This document shows, in pieces, positions 30,744-40,012 of a stretch of DNA of 64,000 bases. Origin of the DNA: a virus. Lineage: Duplodnaviria > Caudoviricetes. The position numbers were made by a program, and so were the translations under genes. The stretch lies in IMG/VR virus record IMGVR_UViG_3300021387_000661, positions 32,001 to 96,000 of that record; one strand, 5' to 3'. Positions within the stretch are counted from its first letter, which is position 1. Each line of letters opens with the position of its first letter. Under the pieces are notes generated by a model. It had not been told where the DNA came from and did not search any database. It saw nothing but the letters and a program-made list of their open reading frames with translations.

Positions 30744-31601
30744 ATGAAGAAAATCATTTTAAAGAATTGTGATACTCATGAGGTGATATCACTTTTTAAG
30801 AAATCTAGTTCACTGGATAACTTCATTTTTATCAATGTGAGAGGTAATCAGTTTGAATCAACTGCTTACAACAAGAACAAGTCTGCATTGAAGTCTATTA
30901 CTGCTGACCTTACAAATTATTGTGGTGAGTTTGTGAATGAACTTGGTGATGATCTTGTAAAGATTCAGTTCACCAATGCAAGTAAGTTGATTTCTGTACT
31001 TGGCCTTGTAGGTACAGAAGGTGTAGATGTTACTTTCTATATTGAAGATAACAACTATGCAAAGAAGGTTGTTGTTGAGAACACTGAAGTAAACCTCACT
31101 GTTCCAGCTGCTGATAAAGAAGCACTCTCATTCCTTGAGATTCCTGATCATGCCCGTCATACCATCTTTGAGGACACCTCAACCCTTGAATATAAGGTTG
31201 GTATTAGTGAGAATGAGTTTAAGTATCTCTCACAGTTGTTCCAGTTGAATAAGGAATCTTGTCGTGTCTGTTTCTCTATCAGTGACAATGTGGTTACTGT
31301 GTCAGAGATTGAGAGTACCGATGAGAATGTCCGTGATGCTGTCAATGTGCTTCTTGATGATTATAATATTAAGGAGTTTGATGCATTTGAAAAACTCTAT
31401 TCAAAGAAACTTAATTATGATAACTTTGATGCCAAGACAGATGAGGGTTATCTTCACTGCTTCAACAAGTCATACTTTGTATGGATTGATGCAGATGAAC
31501 ATTATGACATTGAGTTCCACAGTAACAAGATAAAGTTCATTTCTATTGATGAAAAGGGAACGAAGACTTATGTTGTCCTTACTCCTGTTCGTTTTGCTTA
31601 A
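30744..31601 (+). CDS. Probable sliding clamp (T4 gp45-like)
   Basis: Clamp-like size, acidic alpha/beta pattern, replication-class promoter, near the polymerase. Confidence 0.55.
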   Translation: MKKIILKNCDTHEVISLFKKSSSLDNFIFINVRGNQFESTAYNKNKSALKSITADLTNYCGEFVNELGDDLVKIQFTNASKLISVLGLVGTEGVDVTFYIEDNNYAKKVVVENTEVNLTVPAADKEALSFLEIPDHARHTIFEDTSTLEYKVGISENEFKYLSQLFQLNKESCRVCFSISDNVVTVSEIESTDENVRDAVNVLLDDYNIKEFDAFEKLYSKKLNYDNFDAKTDEGYLHCFNKSYFVWIDADEHYDIEFHSNKIKFISIDEKGTKTYVVLTPVRFA

Positions 31602-31619
31602 ACATAATAGTATTAAAAA

Positions 31620-31651
31620 TAAAAGAGAGGTTTTTATGACCTCTCTTTTTT
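31620..31651. terminator. Bidirectional terminator
   Basis: AAAAGAGAGGT...ACCTCTCTTTT. Confidence 0.8.
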
Positions 31652-32687
31652 ATTTCCTGTCTTTTACCAATCTCACACAGAGTTTACCATTAGTTGTATC
31701 TTGTGTTACACTATCATTTACATTATGATGATCATTCAATGGTGTGTGACAAGGTTTACCATCATTGAAAGTAAATATATTTGCAAATCTATTATTATTT
31801 GTATAAAGAGATGATGTCCAACAATAATAATAATCTTTATCTATGGGTTTATCACCAGCAGATGTATATATTAAACCTTTCTTGAAGAATACTAATTGAT
31901 GTGGAAATCCATCAAATACAAATCTATCATCATTTTCCCAGAATGAACCTTTTTTATAAATATCATCAAGTTCTGCAACTTCTTCAAGTGTTGGGAGTCT
32001 CCAACCACTGTTTTTAACAAGTTCAAATACTTCATCAAATGTAAAGTAACAGTCTCCATCTTTTAATGAAAGGTCATCATCTGCCCACAAAACAGATCCT
32101 CCCATATCAAGAGGTTTAAGAGATTTTATGTTTGTGAAATCATCTTCTTTCTTAACATCAGTTCCATTGCCTCTTCTCCTGATGTCATTCCAAACAGATT
32201 CAGAAACATAATTCTTGTCTTTTACAAGGAAAACAAAAAGTCTGTTTATCGACTTGTTGAAGTTTGTAACATCAAAAACATTTGAATTATTAAATCCATA
32301 TGCATATGCACTACTTGGGAATTTGGCATTGATTTCTTTTGTCCACATATGGAATCCATAACTTCCATTGGTCTTGAGTCTTAATTCATTTCCATCATAA
32401 AATTTAAGGTGCTTACATCCTTCATACCAGGCAATCCTGATATTCCAATGCAACTGGTTCACTTCATCAACAGTAGGAAGTCTCCAACCATTATTGTTAT
32501 AATCTTTTACATCATCAAAATGGAATTTCACCTCACCATCAATCTCAAGGTTGTCAATTGCCCAATAGATTGTTGTGTTTTCACCAAAGTCAACATAATC
32601 TGGATTGAAAGCATCCTCTTGCTTGATATCAGTACCTATACCCCTTCTTCTGATGTCACTCCAGACTGATTCACTTAATTTCTTCAT
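31650..32687 (-). CDS. Two-unit tagged protein with two Fib_succ_major/DUF1566-like (C-type-lectin-fold) domains
   Basis: Each half is tag + D(F/M)G...WA.D(N/D)L...GWRLPT..E...WT...(F/R)LVKD. Confidence 0.75.
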   Translation of the reverse strand: MKKLSESVWSDIRRRGIGTDIKQEDAFNPDYVDFGENTTIYWAIDNLEIDGEVKFHFDDVKDYNNNGWRLPTVDEVNQLHWNIRIAWYEGCKHLKFYDGNELRLKTNGSYGFHMWTKEINAKFPSSAYAYGFNNSNVFDVTNFNKSINRLFVFLVKDKNYVSESVWNDIRRRGNGTDVKKEDDFTNIKSLKPLDMGGSVLWADDDLSLKDGDCYFTFDEVFELVKNSGWRLPTLEEVAELDDIYKKGSFWENDDRFVFDGFPHQLVFFKKGLIYTSAGDKPIDKDYYYCWTSSLYTNNNRFANIFTFNDGKPCHTPLNDHHNVNDSVTQDTTNGKLCVRLVKDRK

Positions 32688-32689
32688 AG

Positions 32690-33475
32690 TTAATCTTTAA
32701 ATTTTATGAATGCTACACCTTCTGTACCACTTGGATTGTTTTCATAATCCAATTCAAATTCTTTCAAATGTACCCATCCAAGTTTTGTATATGTGTCTAT
32801 CAATTCTTTCCTTAAATCCTCATACCAGTTATCAAGCATAGGATATGTGATTATATGTATATCTTGAACCGTATCATAATCAACATCTTCTAATTCACAA
32901 GGAGGTATTGTTGGATTTCCATCATCATCATACCAAGTTCCATCATCTTCATAGAGTATTGCACCACCAACATCATAATCAGTACCAATCAAATCATATA
33001 TGGTATATTTTGCAAATTCAGACATATGATTGTCTTCAAAAATCTTCTTTGTGTATTTGACAAGAATATCCTGGATTTCAAGTTCAGAACTATACATCTG
33101 CTCAAATCTTCCATTTTTAATCAACTCATCAATATAATCATCCCTGTCTTTATCTATATAATCTCTCAATACATAGACATCATATTCATCTTCACCAATA
33201 TCCCATTTATCACAACCAAATACACCTGCTATTTCTGTATCACCCCAGATTATGGTTGGATTGTTTTTGGGTCTATTAAATGCAAAACACCTCCAGGGGT
33301 CAGAGTTTTCTTCTTCATAAACATCTCCAAGTCCCCAGAAATCTTTCATAAGTTGATATTTAACACCATCAATGACAAGGGTAATACCTTTGTCTTCCTG
33401 TTTTACATCATCGCCAAGACCTCTTCTTCTGATGTCACCCCATATAGATTCAGTTATGTTACTTAATTTTTTCAT
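32690..33475 (-). CDS. WxDIRRRG-tagged acidic protein
   Basis: Starts MKKLSNITESIWGDIRRRGLGDDVKQED. Confidence 0.8.
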   Translation of the reverse strand: MKKLSNITESIWGDIRRRGLGDDVKQEDKGITLVIDGVKYQLMKDFWGLGDVYEEENSDPWRCFAFNRPKNNPTIIWGDTEIAGVFGCDKWDIGEDEYDVYVLRDYIDKDRDDYIDELIKNGRFEQMYSSELEIQDILVKYTKKIFEDNHMSEFAKYTIYDLIGTDYDVGGAILYEDDGTWYDDDGNPTIPPCELEDVDYDTVQDIHIITYPMLDNWYEDLRKELIDTYTKLGWVHLKEFELDYENNPSGTEGVAFIKFKD

Positions 33476-33490
33476 ATACTTCTCAATTTT

Positions 33491-34123
33491 TCATATACTT
33501 ATTAATATTCCAAATGAGTCCACAATGTCATCAATTGGTTTGATTACCTTATAATCAAGTTCATTCTCTTTACAGAACTTCCAGAATCCACACTTCTCAA
33601 TGTCTGGGTCTTTTATCCTGTTCTCAATAAATGCCTGGATCATATCTTCCTTCTTTGCATTTCCCTTACCGGAGAGATTCTTCTTTCCCTCTGTTGGAGA
33701 AATGATAACCAAACAGTCTTCACCAAAATCCTCCAGTAATTTAATCCTTAAAAATGAGTTGAACAGTGCCAGGTCCAGGGTCGATGATGATATACTTCCA
33801 TAAGAGAAACCTTCAAGTCCTATAATGACCTCTTCATCACCAACCAATTCTACCAATCTGTTTGAGATTTTGTTTGCGATCATTTTCGCAGCCCTCATCT
33901 TTGTTCTCTGTTCTTCCCTGTAGTCCTTCTTATCAATCTCCCTGGTGTATGGGTTGAGTTCTATAATACCTGAAAGTTGTCTGTGATAGTTGAAAGTCTT
34001 GTTCTTACCAGTCTTCCAGTCCTTTCCATAATCATCAAAGAAAGAGATGAAAGAATATTCACCATCTTTATATATACACACTGCCGGCGAAATCAAACTA
34101 TAATCTATTCCTATTTTAATCAT
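33491..34123 (-). CDS. ruvC: RuvC-like Holliday junction resolvase
   Basis: IGIDYSL, LEGFSYG, KK..SGKGNAKKEDM, DDIVDS. Confidence 0.85.
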   Translation of the reverse strand: MIKIGIDYSLISPAVCIYKDGEYSFISFFDDYGKDWKTGKNKTFNYHRQLSGIIELNPYTREIDKKDYREEQRTKMRAAKMIANKISNRLVELVGDEEVIIGLEGFSYGSISSSTLDLALFNSFLRIKLLEDFGEDCLVIISPTEGKKNLSGKGNAKKEDMIQAFIENRIKDPDIEKCGFWKFCKENELDYKVIKPIDDIVDSFGILISI

Positions 34124-34620
34124 CTCAATGGTACTCCTTTTTCTCCATTAATTTCTGGTTCTTCCCTCAATACATACTCATTACTATATTTGTACACATA
34201 GAACTTCTTATTTTCAAGTCTGTATTTGATACTTCTTTTTTCCTGGATACTCATATCTGAATATTTTATAGGATTATAACTCTTGACACCATTGGCTTCC
34301 ATAGTATAGTTATCTGCACCATGTGATGTATTGTGGTAGATAGACAGATACCAGGCATCTTCATACTTGAAATGGATCCTTATTACATTTGGTTTCTCTA
34401 TATTCATCACTTTTTCAAGAGGCCATATGATGAGGTCATAAAGGAAATCATACAATCTCAATTCAGTTGATTTATACTTTGGTACAATATCAATAAGTAT
34501 GTTTCTCCACCAGTGTTCATAATCCTGTTCTGGTAAATCTTCCTGTTTGATGTCAGAACCTATACCTCTTTTTCTGATGTCATTCCAAACACTTTCAGTT
34601 ATACTACTCAGCTTCTTCAT
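34120..34620 (-). CDS. WxDIRKRG-tagged protein
   Basis: Starts MKKLSSITESVWNDIRKRGIGSDIKQED. Confidence 0.8.
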   Translation of the reverse strand: MKKLSSITESVWNDIRKRGIGSDIKQEDLPEQDYEHWWRNILIDIVPKYKSTELRLYDFLYDLIIWPLEKVMNIEKPNVIRIHFKYEDAWYLSIYHNTSHGADNYTMEANGVKSYNPIKYSDMSIQEKRSIKYRLENKKFYVYKYSNEYVLREEPEINGEKGVPLR

Positions 34621-35410
34621 CTACTGTAAACCAATTTTTAGTATATTCTTTATATTTCTTGAAGTTCTTCACTGTTGTTGCTGTGATAGGGATGCCAATG
34701 TTACAAGCATAATCATTGAATGACCAGACAATGAAAACAACATCATCTAATTCAGGGAATGTGTCAATCATACTTTCTTTATAATCAATTAAACTGGAGG
34801 CAGTACTTCCTTCGCCATATTTATCAGTATATTGTATTTCCCAATCATAAACATCTGATTCATCAATTAACTGTAAGATATAATCACTTTCATAATAAGA
34901 TATATTATCAAATTTTGTTTCAATAAAACCACCTTTATGTCTTGGTAGGTATGCAATGTCTCCACCAATCTCTTTTAGTTTGGTTGCAATACCTTTACAG
35001 ATTGATATATAGTCTTCTTCAGATACTCTGTCTTCAAAGTCATCCAGGTCAAAGTCTTTCATTTCATCATATGTCAAGAAATCTGCAATCAGGTCTGTAC
35101 CATGTCCTCCATCATATATAAGATATGTATAAGGTGCTTCAAATGCCCTGATGTTTTTCATTTCTTCTGGGGAATATGCCTTATCTCTGGTATTCAAGAT
35201 TGCAACCCTACATTCAACATAACTATCATTGTAATTAAGGATTTCTTTTATGAGTTCTTCATAATAAGAATCAGAAGCATTTTTCAGATAGATATCTACA
35301 TCAATACAAGTGTGAACTTTTTTACCATCCTCTTGTTTTACCTCAGTACCTATACCCCTTTTTCTGATGTCATTCCATACTGATTCTGTTATATTACTTA
35401 ATTTTTTCAT
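34604..35410 (-). CDS. WxDIRKRG-tagged acidic protein
   Basis: Starts MKKLSNITESVWNDIRKRGIGTEVKQED, late promoter 35432. Confidence 0.8.
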   Translation of the reverse strand: MKKLSNITESVWNDIRKRGIGTEVKQEDGKKVHTCIDVDIYLKNASDSYYEELIKEILNYNDSYVECRVAILNTRDKAYSPEEMKNIRAFEAPYTYLIYDGGHGTDLIADFLTYDEMKDFDLDDFEDRVSEEDYISICKGIATKLKEIGGDIAYLPRHKGGFIETKFDNISYYESDYILQLIDESDVYDWEIQYTDKYGEGSTASSLIDYKESMIDTFPELDDVVFIVWSFNDYACNIGIPITATTVKNFKKYKEYTKNWFTVDEEAE

Positions 35411-35494
35411 TTATTAATAAAATATATAAGATATTTATGGATTTTTGTTATATTTAGAATACTGAAAGAAGTTTAATTTTAAGTAGATAATAAT

Positions 35495-36304
35495 ATGTTT
35501 GAAAAAGTAAATCCTTCACATCCAGACAAGGTTGCTGATAGAATTGCAGGAGCATTGTTAGACCTTGCATATGCCAACCAGGAGAATCCAAAGGTTGCTG
35601 TTGAAGTACTCATTGGTCATGGTCTTTGTACAATCATTACAGAATCAAGTTTTGATTTCAATGAGGAAAATGTACTCCCCATTGTAAAGAGAATTGCCGG
35701 AGATGGTGTAGATCTTAAACTCATTGCTGTTCCACAGGATGAACATCTTGCACATAACCAGGATGATGAAATTCGCTGTGGCGATAATGGGATCTTCAAG
35801 GGTGAACCACTTGATGGAGAAGAAATGGAACTGAGTAAATTAGCACAGGAAATTTATCAGATTTATCCTACTGATGGTAAGTATATCCTGGATGAGAAAT
35901 CAAATACATTGATTGTTTGTCAAAGTAATGCTGATTCTGAAGAACTTAAAAATTGGTTGGAAGAAAAGTATCCTCATTATACAGTCATTGTGAATCCTCT
36001 TGGTGATTGGACTGGGGGACCAGATGTTGATTCTGGGGCAACCAACCGCAAGCTTGGTTCAGATATGGGTAGGTCTGTCACCGGTGGAGGACTTTGGGGG
36101 AAAGATGCATCAAAATGTGACTGGTCTGTAAATGTATATGCATTTCTTGAAGCACAACGAACTGGAAAACCTCAAAAGTTTTTTTGTGCAATTGGAGATA
36201 CAGAAATAAATGGTATACCATATTCTGAAATTGTAAAGATTGCCCTTGAATATGTTAAACAAATTGGTGGATTTGAATCTGCTGCATCTTGGGGACTCAT
36301 TTAA
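35495..36304 (+). CDS. metK: S-adenosylmethionine synthetase (short phage type)
   Basis: EKVNPSHPDKVADRI, GDNGIF, DSGATNRKL, GGGLWGKD. Confidence 0.93.
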   Translation: MFEKVNPSHPDKVADRIAGALLDLAYANQENPKVAVEVLIGHGLCTIITESSFDFNEENVLPIVKRIAGDGVDLKLIAVPQDEHLAHNQDDEIRCGDNGIFKGEPLDGEEMELSKLAQEIYQIYPTDGKYILDEKSNTLIVCQSNADSEELKNWLEEKYPHYTVIVNPLGDWTGGPDVDSGATNRKLGSDMGRSVTGGGLWGKDASKCDWSVNVYAFLEAQRTGKPQKFFCAIGDTEINGIPYSEIVKIALEYVKQIGGFESAASWGLI

Positions 36305-36320
36305 GAAGAAAGGAGAGAAC

Positions 36321-37520
36321 TTAAAAAATTCTCTCTTTTAATTTTTTAATATCATCACCTTTTAGAATTATGATATTATTTTTAATCATACATTGGTGTT
36401 TGGATTCAGCCAAACCATCTTTATACTCATTTCTATCATATGGGCAAATCATTTTATCTCCATCAAAGAATTGATCACCTTTTACTTCATATAATTTACC
36501 ATTAATACAAAAGTCAGGGTGATAATAATGTTTCATTTCTTCATATTCATATTCAAATGTAATATCTGGTTGATATTCACAAGGAATGTTATTTTCTTTA
36601 CAATATTGATAAATTTCTACTTCCCAAGATGAATCAAATGTTAAACCATCATAAAGAATCATCTTTTGTTTTTTGTGTGACCATTCTTTAGTTTGTGAAT
36701 AATTTATTACACCATATTTCTTCTTACAGGTTTCTTGCATTTTATCAAGACATTCTTGTGTTTGTGTATAACTTTCAACACCATATTTTTTTCTACAAGT
36801 TTCTTTTGCTTTTTGTCTGAATTCTTTGACTTGTAATGCATGTTCAACACCATATCTTTCTAACATCACAGATTTTTGTTTTTCTTTATATTCTGGTGTT
36901 TGTGTAAAATGTTCTACTCCATATTTTTCTAAACTTGTTTTTCTAACAGATTTTTTATATTCTTCTGATTGTTGATAATATTCTACTCCATATTTTTCAA
37001 CATTTGTTTGTTTTACTTTATTTCTACATTCAGATAAGGAAGAATAATTTTCTACGCCATATCTATCTTTTGATGTATTTTTATATTTTTGTCTGATTTG
37101 TATTGATTGTAAAGGGTGTTCAACACCATATTTTTCTAGACAAGTTGCTTTTATTTTTTCAAGACATTCTTTTGTTTGTGAATAATTTTCAACACCATAT
37201 CTATTAATACATGTTTCTTGCCTTTTTATTAAAGTGTTCTTATCTTTTATAGAACAATTTTTACAACAATGTAAGTTATATTCCTTACTAAATGATAAGA
37301 AAGTACATCTCTTTCCACAAACTGGACATAACCCAAGTTTTAATTCTGGGTCATCATTAAAGTAGTGAAATAGTTTTTGTGTGAATTTAAAATCAGATGG
37401 AAAATTCCAGGTAGATAAAATCTGATAGTGCTCAGGAAATTTCTTTTTGAATTGTGGTTCTTCTATATTACCATTTGGGTGTGTCTTAAGAATAGACAAC
37501 ACTTCTTCCTTTGTCATCAT
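36321..37520 (-). CDS. Free-standing putative homing endonuclease (Cys-rich finger, KYGVE repeats, PD-(D/E)XK)
   Basis: CPVC..C...CC..C, ~25-aa KYGV repeats, DSSWE...YHPDF...EVKG; inserted antisense between core genes. Confidence 0.8.
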   Translation of the reverse strand: MMTKEEVLSILKTHPNGNIEEPQFKKKFPEHYQILSTWNFPSDFKFTQKLFHYFNDDPELKLGLCPVCGKRCTFLSFSKEYNLHCCKNCSIKDKNTLIKRQETCINRYGVENYSQTKECLEKIKATCLEKYGVEHPLQSIQIRQKYKNTSKDRYGVENYSSLSECRNKVKQTNVEKYGVEYYQQSEEYKKSVRKTSLEKYGVEHFTQTPEYKEKQKSVMLERYGVEHALQVKEFRQKAKETCRKKYGVESYTQTQECLDKMQETCKKKYGVINYSQTKEWSHKKQKMILYDGLTFDSSWEVEIYQYCKENNIPCEYQPDITFEYEYEEMKHYYHPDFCINGKLYEVKGDQFFDGDKMICPYDRNEYKDGLAESKHQCMIKNNIIILKGDDIKKLKERIF

Positions 37521-37629
37521 AAATATAGTGATATTTTATATATTAGAGCAGGTGGGACAATTTACCAGATTTACCATCTGCTCTTTCTATATTTATGAAA
37601 ATTTATATTTGGTTTGTTATATTTAGTGT

Positions 37630-38691
37630 ATGGAAAATAGGAAAATTTGGTTAATTGCAGACACTCACTTTGGATATAAAGGAGATGATGAAGAATTTTT
37701 AAATGACTACATTGGTTACTTTGAAGATGTTGTCATACCATTGATGAAGAAAGAGGTCAAGGATGGGGATATATTGATCCATTGTGGAGATGTCTTTGAC
37801 AACCGTTCCAATATTGGATTGAACACCATATACAGAGTAATTAAGTTATTTGAGTCATTTTCAAATATCTTCAATGACATCAGGATAACGGTTGGTAACC
37901 ATGACATTCTCAAGAAATCAACCAATGACATCACATCCATCAATATGTTGAAACATATACCACATATTAAGATTTATTATACACCTGAAGTGGAAGTTAT
38001 TGATGGAAAGACCTGTCTTTTTAATCCCTGGGTGGAAGATCCAGCAAAAGAGAAGGAGATACTTGCAGGAGTAAATGTAAATTATGTGTTTGGTCATCTT
38101 GAAATTGGAGGGTCACAGATGACAAGTAGGACAGGTATGAAGATTGAATTCCAGGGTGGTGTAAAACCATCAGACTTTAAGGATGCCCAGGTTTATGCTG
38201 GTCATATCCATATCAAACAGGATAATAAGAATATTCATTATCTTGGGAATCCTTATCATAAAGATAGAGGTGATAGGGGTAATCCAAAGGGTATAACTAT
38301 TCTTGACTTGAAAACTGGAAAGACCAGGTTTGTTGAAAACATTATTTCTCCAAGATATTTAAAGGAAAACATTTATGACATTCTTAATCTGACTGTTGCA
38401 GACCTCAAGACAAGGTGGAACAATAACAGGATAGACCTTCATATGAAGAATACAGATTATACAAAGTGTAGTTTTGATGAATTGAAGACTGCCCTGGGAA
38501 ACTGTTATAGGAGTTTTGAGCCACATGGGGATGAGGTTGTTGCAGAATTGAATATTGTGAATGACATCAATTTTAATGATGCAAAAAGTAGTGATGATTA
38601 TATGGATGATTTTCTTCACAATCAGGATGTAGATGAGAATATGATGAATGCCATAAAAGAGAAACTAATTGAGTATAGAGACAGATTATGA
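37630..38691 (+). CDS. gp47: Recombination nuclease subunit (T4 gp47 / SbcD / Mre11 family)
   Basis: ADTHFG, GDVFD, GNHD, GH, GHIH metallophosphoesterase motifs. Confidence 0.9.
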   Translation: MENRKIWLIADTHFGYKGDDEEFLNDYIGYFEDVVIPLMKKEVKDGDILIHCGDVFDNRSNIGLNTIYRVIKLFESFSNIFNDIRITVGNHDILKKSTNDITSINMLKHIPHIKIYYTPEVEVIDGKTCLFNPWVEDPAKEKEILAGVNVNYVFGHLEIGGSQMTSRTGMKIEFQGGVKPSDFKDAQVYAGHIHIKQDNKNIHYLGNPYHKDRGDRGNPKGITILDLKTGKTRFVENIISPRYLKENIYDILNLTVADLKTRWNNNRIDLHMKNTDYTKCSFDELKTALGNCYRSFEPHGDEVVAELNIVNDINFNDAKSSDDYMDDFLHNQDVDENMMNAIKEKLIEYRDRL

Positions 38692-38954
38692 TAAAATTTC
38701 AAGCAGTAAATAATGTGGTTATATTGGTGAAGGATAAAGGAGAACCATCACCAATTATATTACCAAATCAGCAACCAAAGAATATGTATGAAATCCCAGA
38801 ACCATATACAGGTGTGATAGATAGTGTGGGGATAGACAATGAATGGAAGAAAGGAGACCATATTGCTTTCTGTGATATGGGTGGTGTTTATATGAAAGTA
38901 GATGATATTGAATATGTGGTCATTACTCCAGAAATGATAATTGGTAAATTGTAG
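38688..38954 (+). CDS. groES: GroES-like co-chaperonin
   Basis: IILP loop, GVIDSVG, KKGDHI, EYVVI..EMIIGKL. Confidence 0.75.
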   Translation: MIKFQAVNNVVILVKDKGEPSPIILPNQQPKNMYEIPEPYTGVIDSVGIDNEWKKGDHIAFCDMGGVYMKVDDIEYVVITPEMIIGKL

Positions 38955-38956
38955 TT

Positions 38957-39100
38957 ATGGAAGAAATTGTTTGGAACATAAGATTGGGAAAATTCAACAT
39001 CCGTTGGAAAAAGTATTATTATCCACCTTTCATTCAGAAAGATTTTTGTAAAGAATACAAGTATTTCAGTATTGGTAAACTTACATTTGTTATTATGTAA
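38957..39100 (+). CDS. Small hypothetical protein (47 aa)
   Basis: MEEIVWNIRLGKF... fills the operon gap; below ORF-track cutoff. Confidence 0.45.
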   Translation: MEEIVWNIRLGKFNIRWKKYYYPPFIQKDFCKEYKYFSIGKLTFVIM

Positions 39101-39117
39101 TTGTAAATTATGTAGAT

Positions 39118-39984
39118 ATGGATTTTGATGATATTTTTAATAATTCATTTGAGAAAAAGATAGAAGATAAGAACTTGGTGAACTTCAAGGTAAATGAATG
39201 TAGGAGACTTATTCTTGAGAAGTTTGGAGACATTAAGTTTATTGAGGAAGGTCATCAGTATTTTATTGGGGAGGAAGAATACATTCCTGTTAGTAACATC
39301 ATTAAAGAATATGAACCCGAAGTTGACTGGGATCAGAAAGCAGAAGATTATGCCAGAAAGTGGGGAAAAAAAAAGGAGGATGTACAGAAGGAGTGGAAAC
39401 TCAATAATCTGAAATCAACTATTTCCGGGACTAGGACACACTCTTTTGGTGAGAGTTATACCAATCTGTTGTGTGGTCATCCTGAACTCATCTGTGAGCA
39501 GAATAAACCACAGTATATTGAGGAATACAACACAATGGTTTCCACCTATCCAAAGGAGGATGCAGTGAAGAAGTTTTATGATGAATTGGAGACCAATTTA
39601 CATCCTATTGGTGCAGAGTTTAAACTTTCTTCAGAATACATAAAAGAATCCAGATCCATCTGTGGTACTTGTGACCTTTTGTTTTATGACAGTGAGAAAG
39701 ATGCTTATGTGATTGGTGACTGGAAGACAAACAAGTCATTGATAAAGGAATTTTCCAGGACTAATGGAATTCATATGACAGGGTGTATGAGTAAGTTTGT
39801 TGATGAACCTCTTTCACATTATACACTTCAATTCAATATTTATCAGAGAATGCTTGAATCTGTTGGATTGAAGATAATTGACAGGATACTGATATGGTTG
39901 AAGGATGATGGAACATATGAAAGGATAAATATTGAGAAGATTCCAGATAATGTTGTAGATAAGATTTTGAAAGGTGAGGATTAA
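39118..39984 (+). CDS. PD-(D/E)XK exonuclease (RecB/Cas4-like family)
   Basis: GTRTH, CGTCDLLF, IGDWKTN, HYTLQFNIY. Confidence 0.85.
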   Translation: MDFDDIFNNSFEKKIEDKNLVNFKVNECRRLILEKFGDIKFIEEGHQYFIGEEEYIPVSNIIKEYEPEVDWDQKAEDYARKWGKKKEDVQKEWKLNNLKSTISGTRTHSFGESYTNLLCGHPELICEQNKPQYIEEYNTMVSTYPKEDAVKKFYDELETNLHPIGAEFKLSSEYIKESRSICGTCDLLFYDSEKDAYVIGDWKTNKSLIKEFSRTNGIHMTGCMSKFVDEPLSHYTLQFNIYQRMLESVGLKIIDRILIWLKDDGTYERINIEKIPDNVVDKILKGED

Positions 39985-39999
39985 TTCCCCACCTTTTCT

Positions 40000-40007
40000 C
40001 ATAAATA
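40000..40007 (+). promoter_or_regulatory. gp55-type late promoter CATAAATA (representative of about 20 copies)
   Basis: Also + 7116, 8395, 42804, 47309, 48205 (TATAAATA), 48761, 60334 and - 2632, 3167, 10013, 10295, 19678, 22370, 24102, 25529, 29897, 35432, 37590, 53031, 55790. T4 late consensus is TATAAATA. Confidence 0.85.
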
Positions 40008-40012
40008 ATTGT

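Larger units (their letters stand above)
32139..35410 (-). repeat. Five further copies of the same tag repeat on the minus strand
   Basis: About 32139-32205, 32610-32687, 33392-33475, 34537-34620, 35327-35410. Confidence 0.92.

Noticed and set aside
39118-39984. Cas4 as part of a CRISPR system
   Set aside because: Stand-alone phage exonuclease with no array or other cas genes
39974-40012. ORF-track start of the polyprotein at 39974
   Set aside because: This stretch contains a terminator hairpin and the late promoter; ATG 40013 fits better
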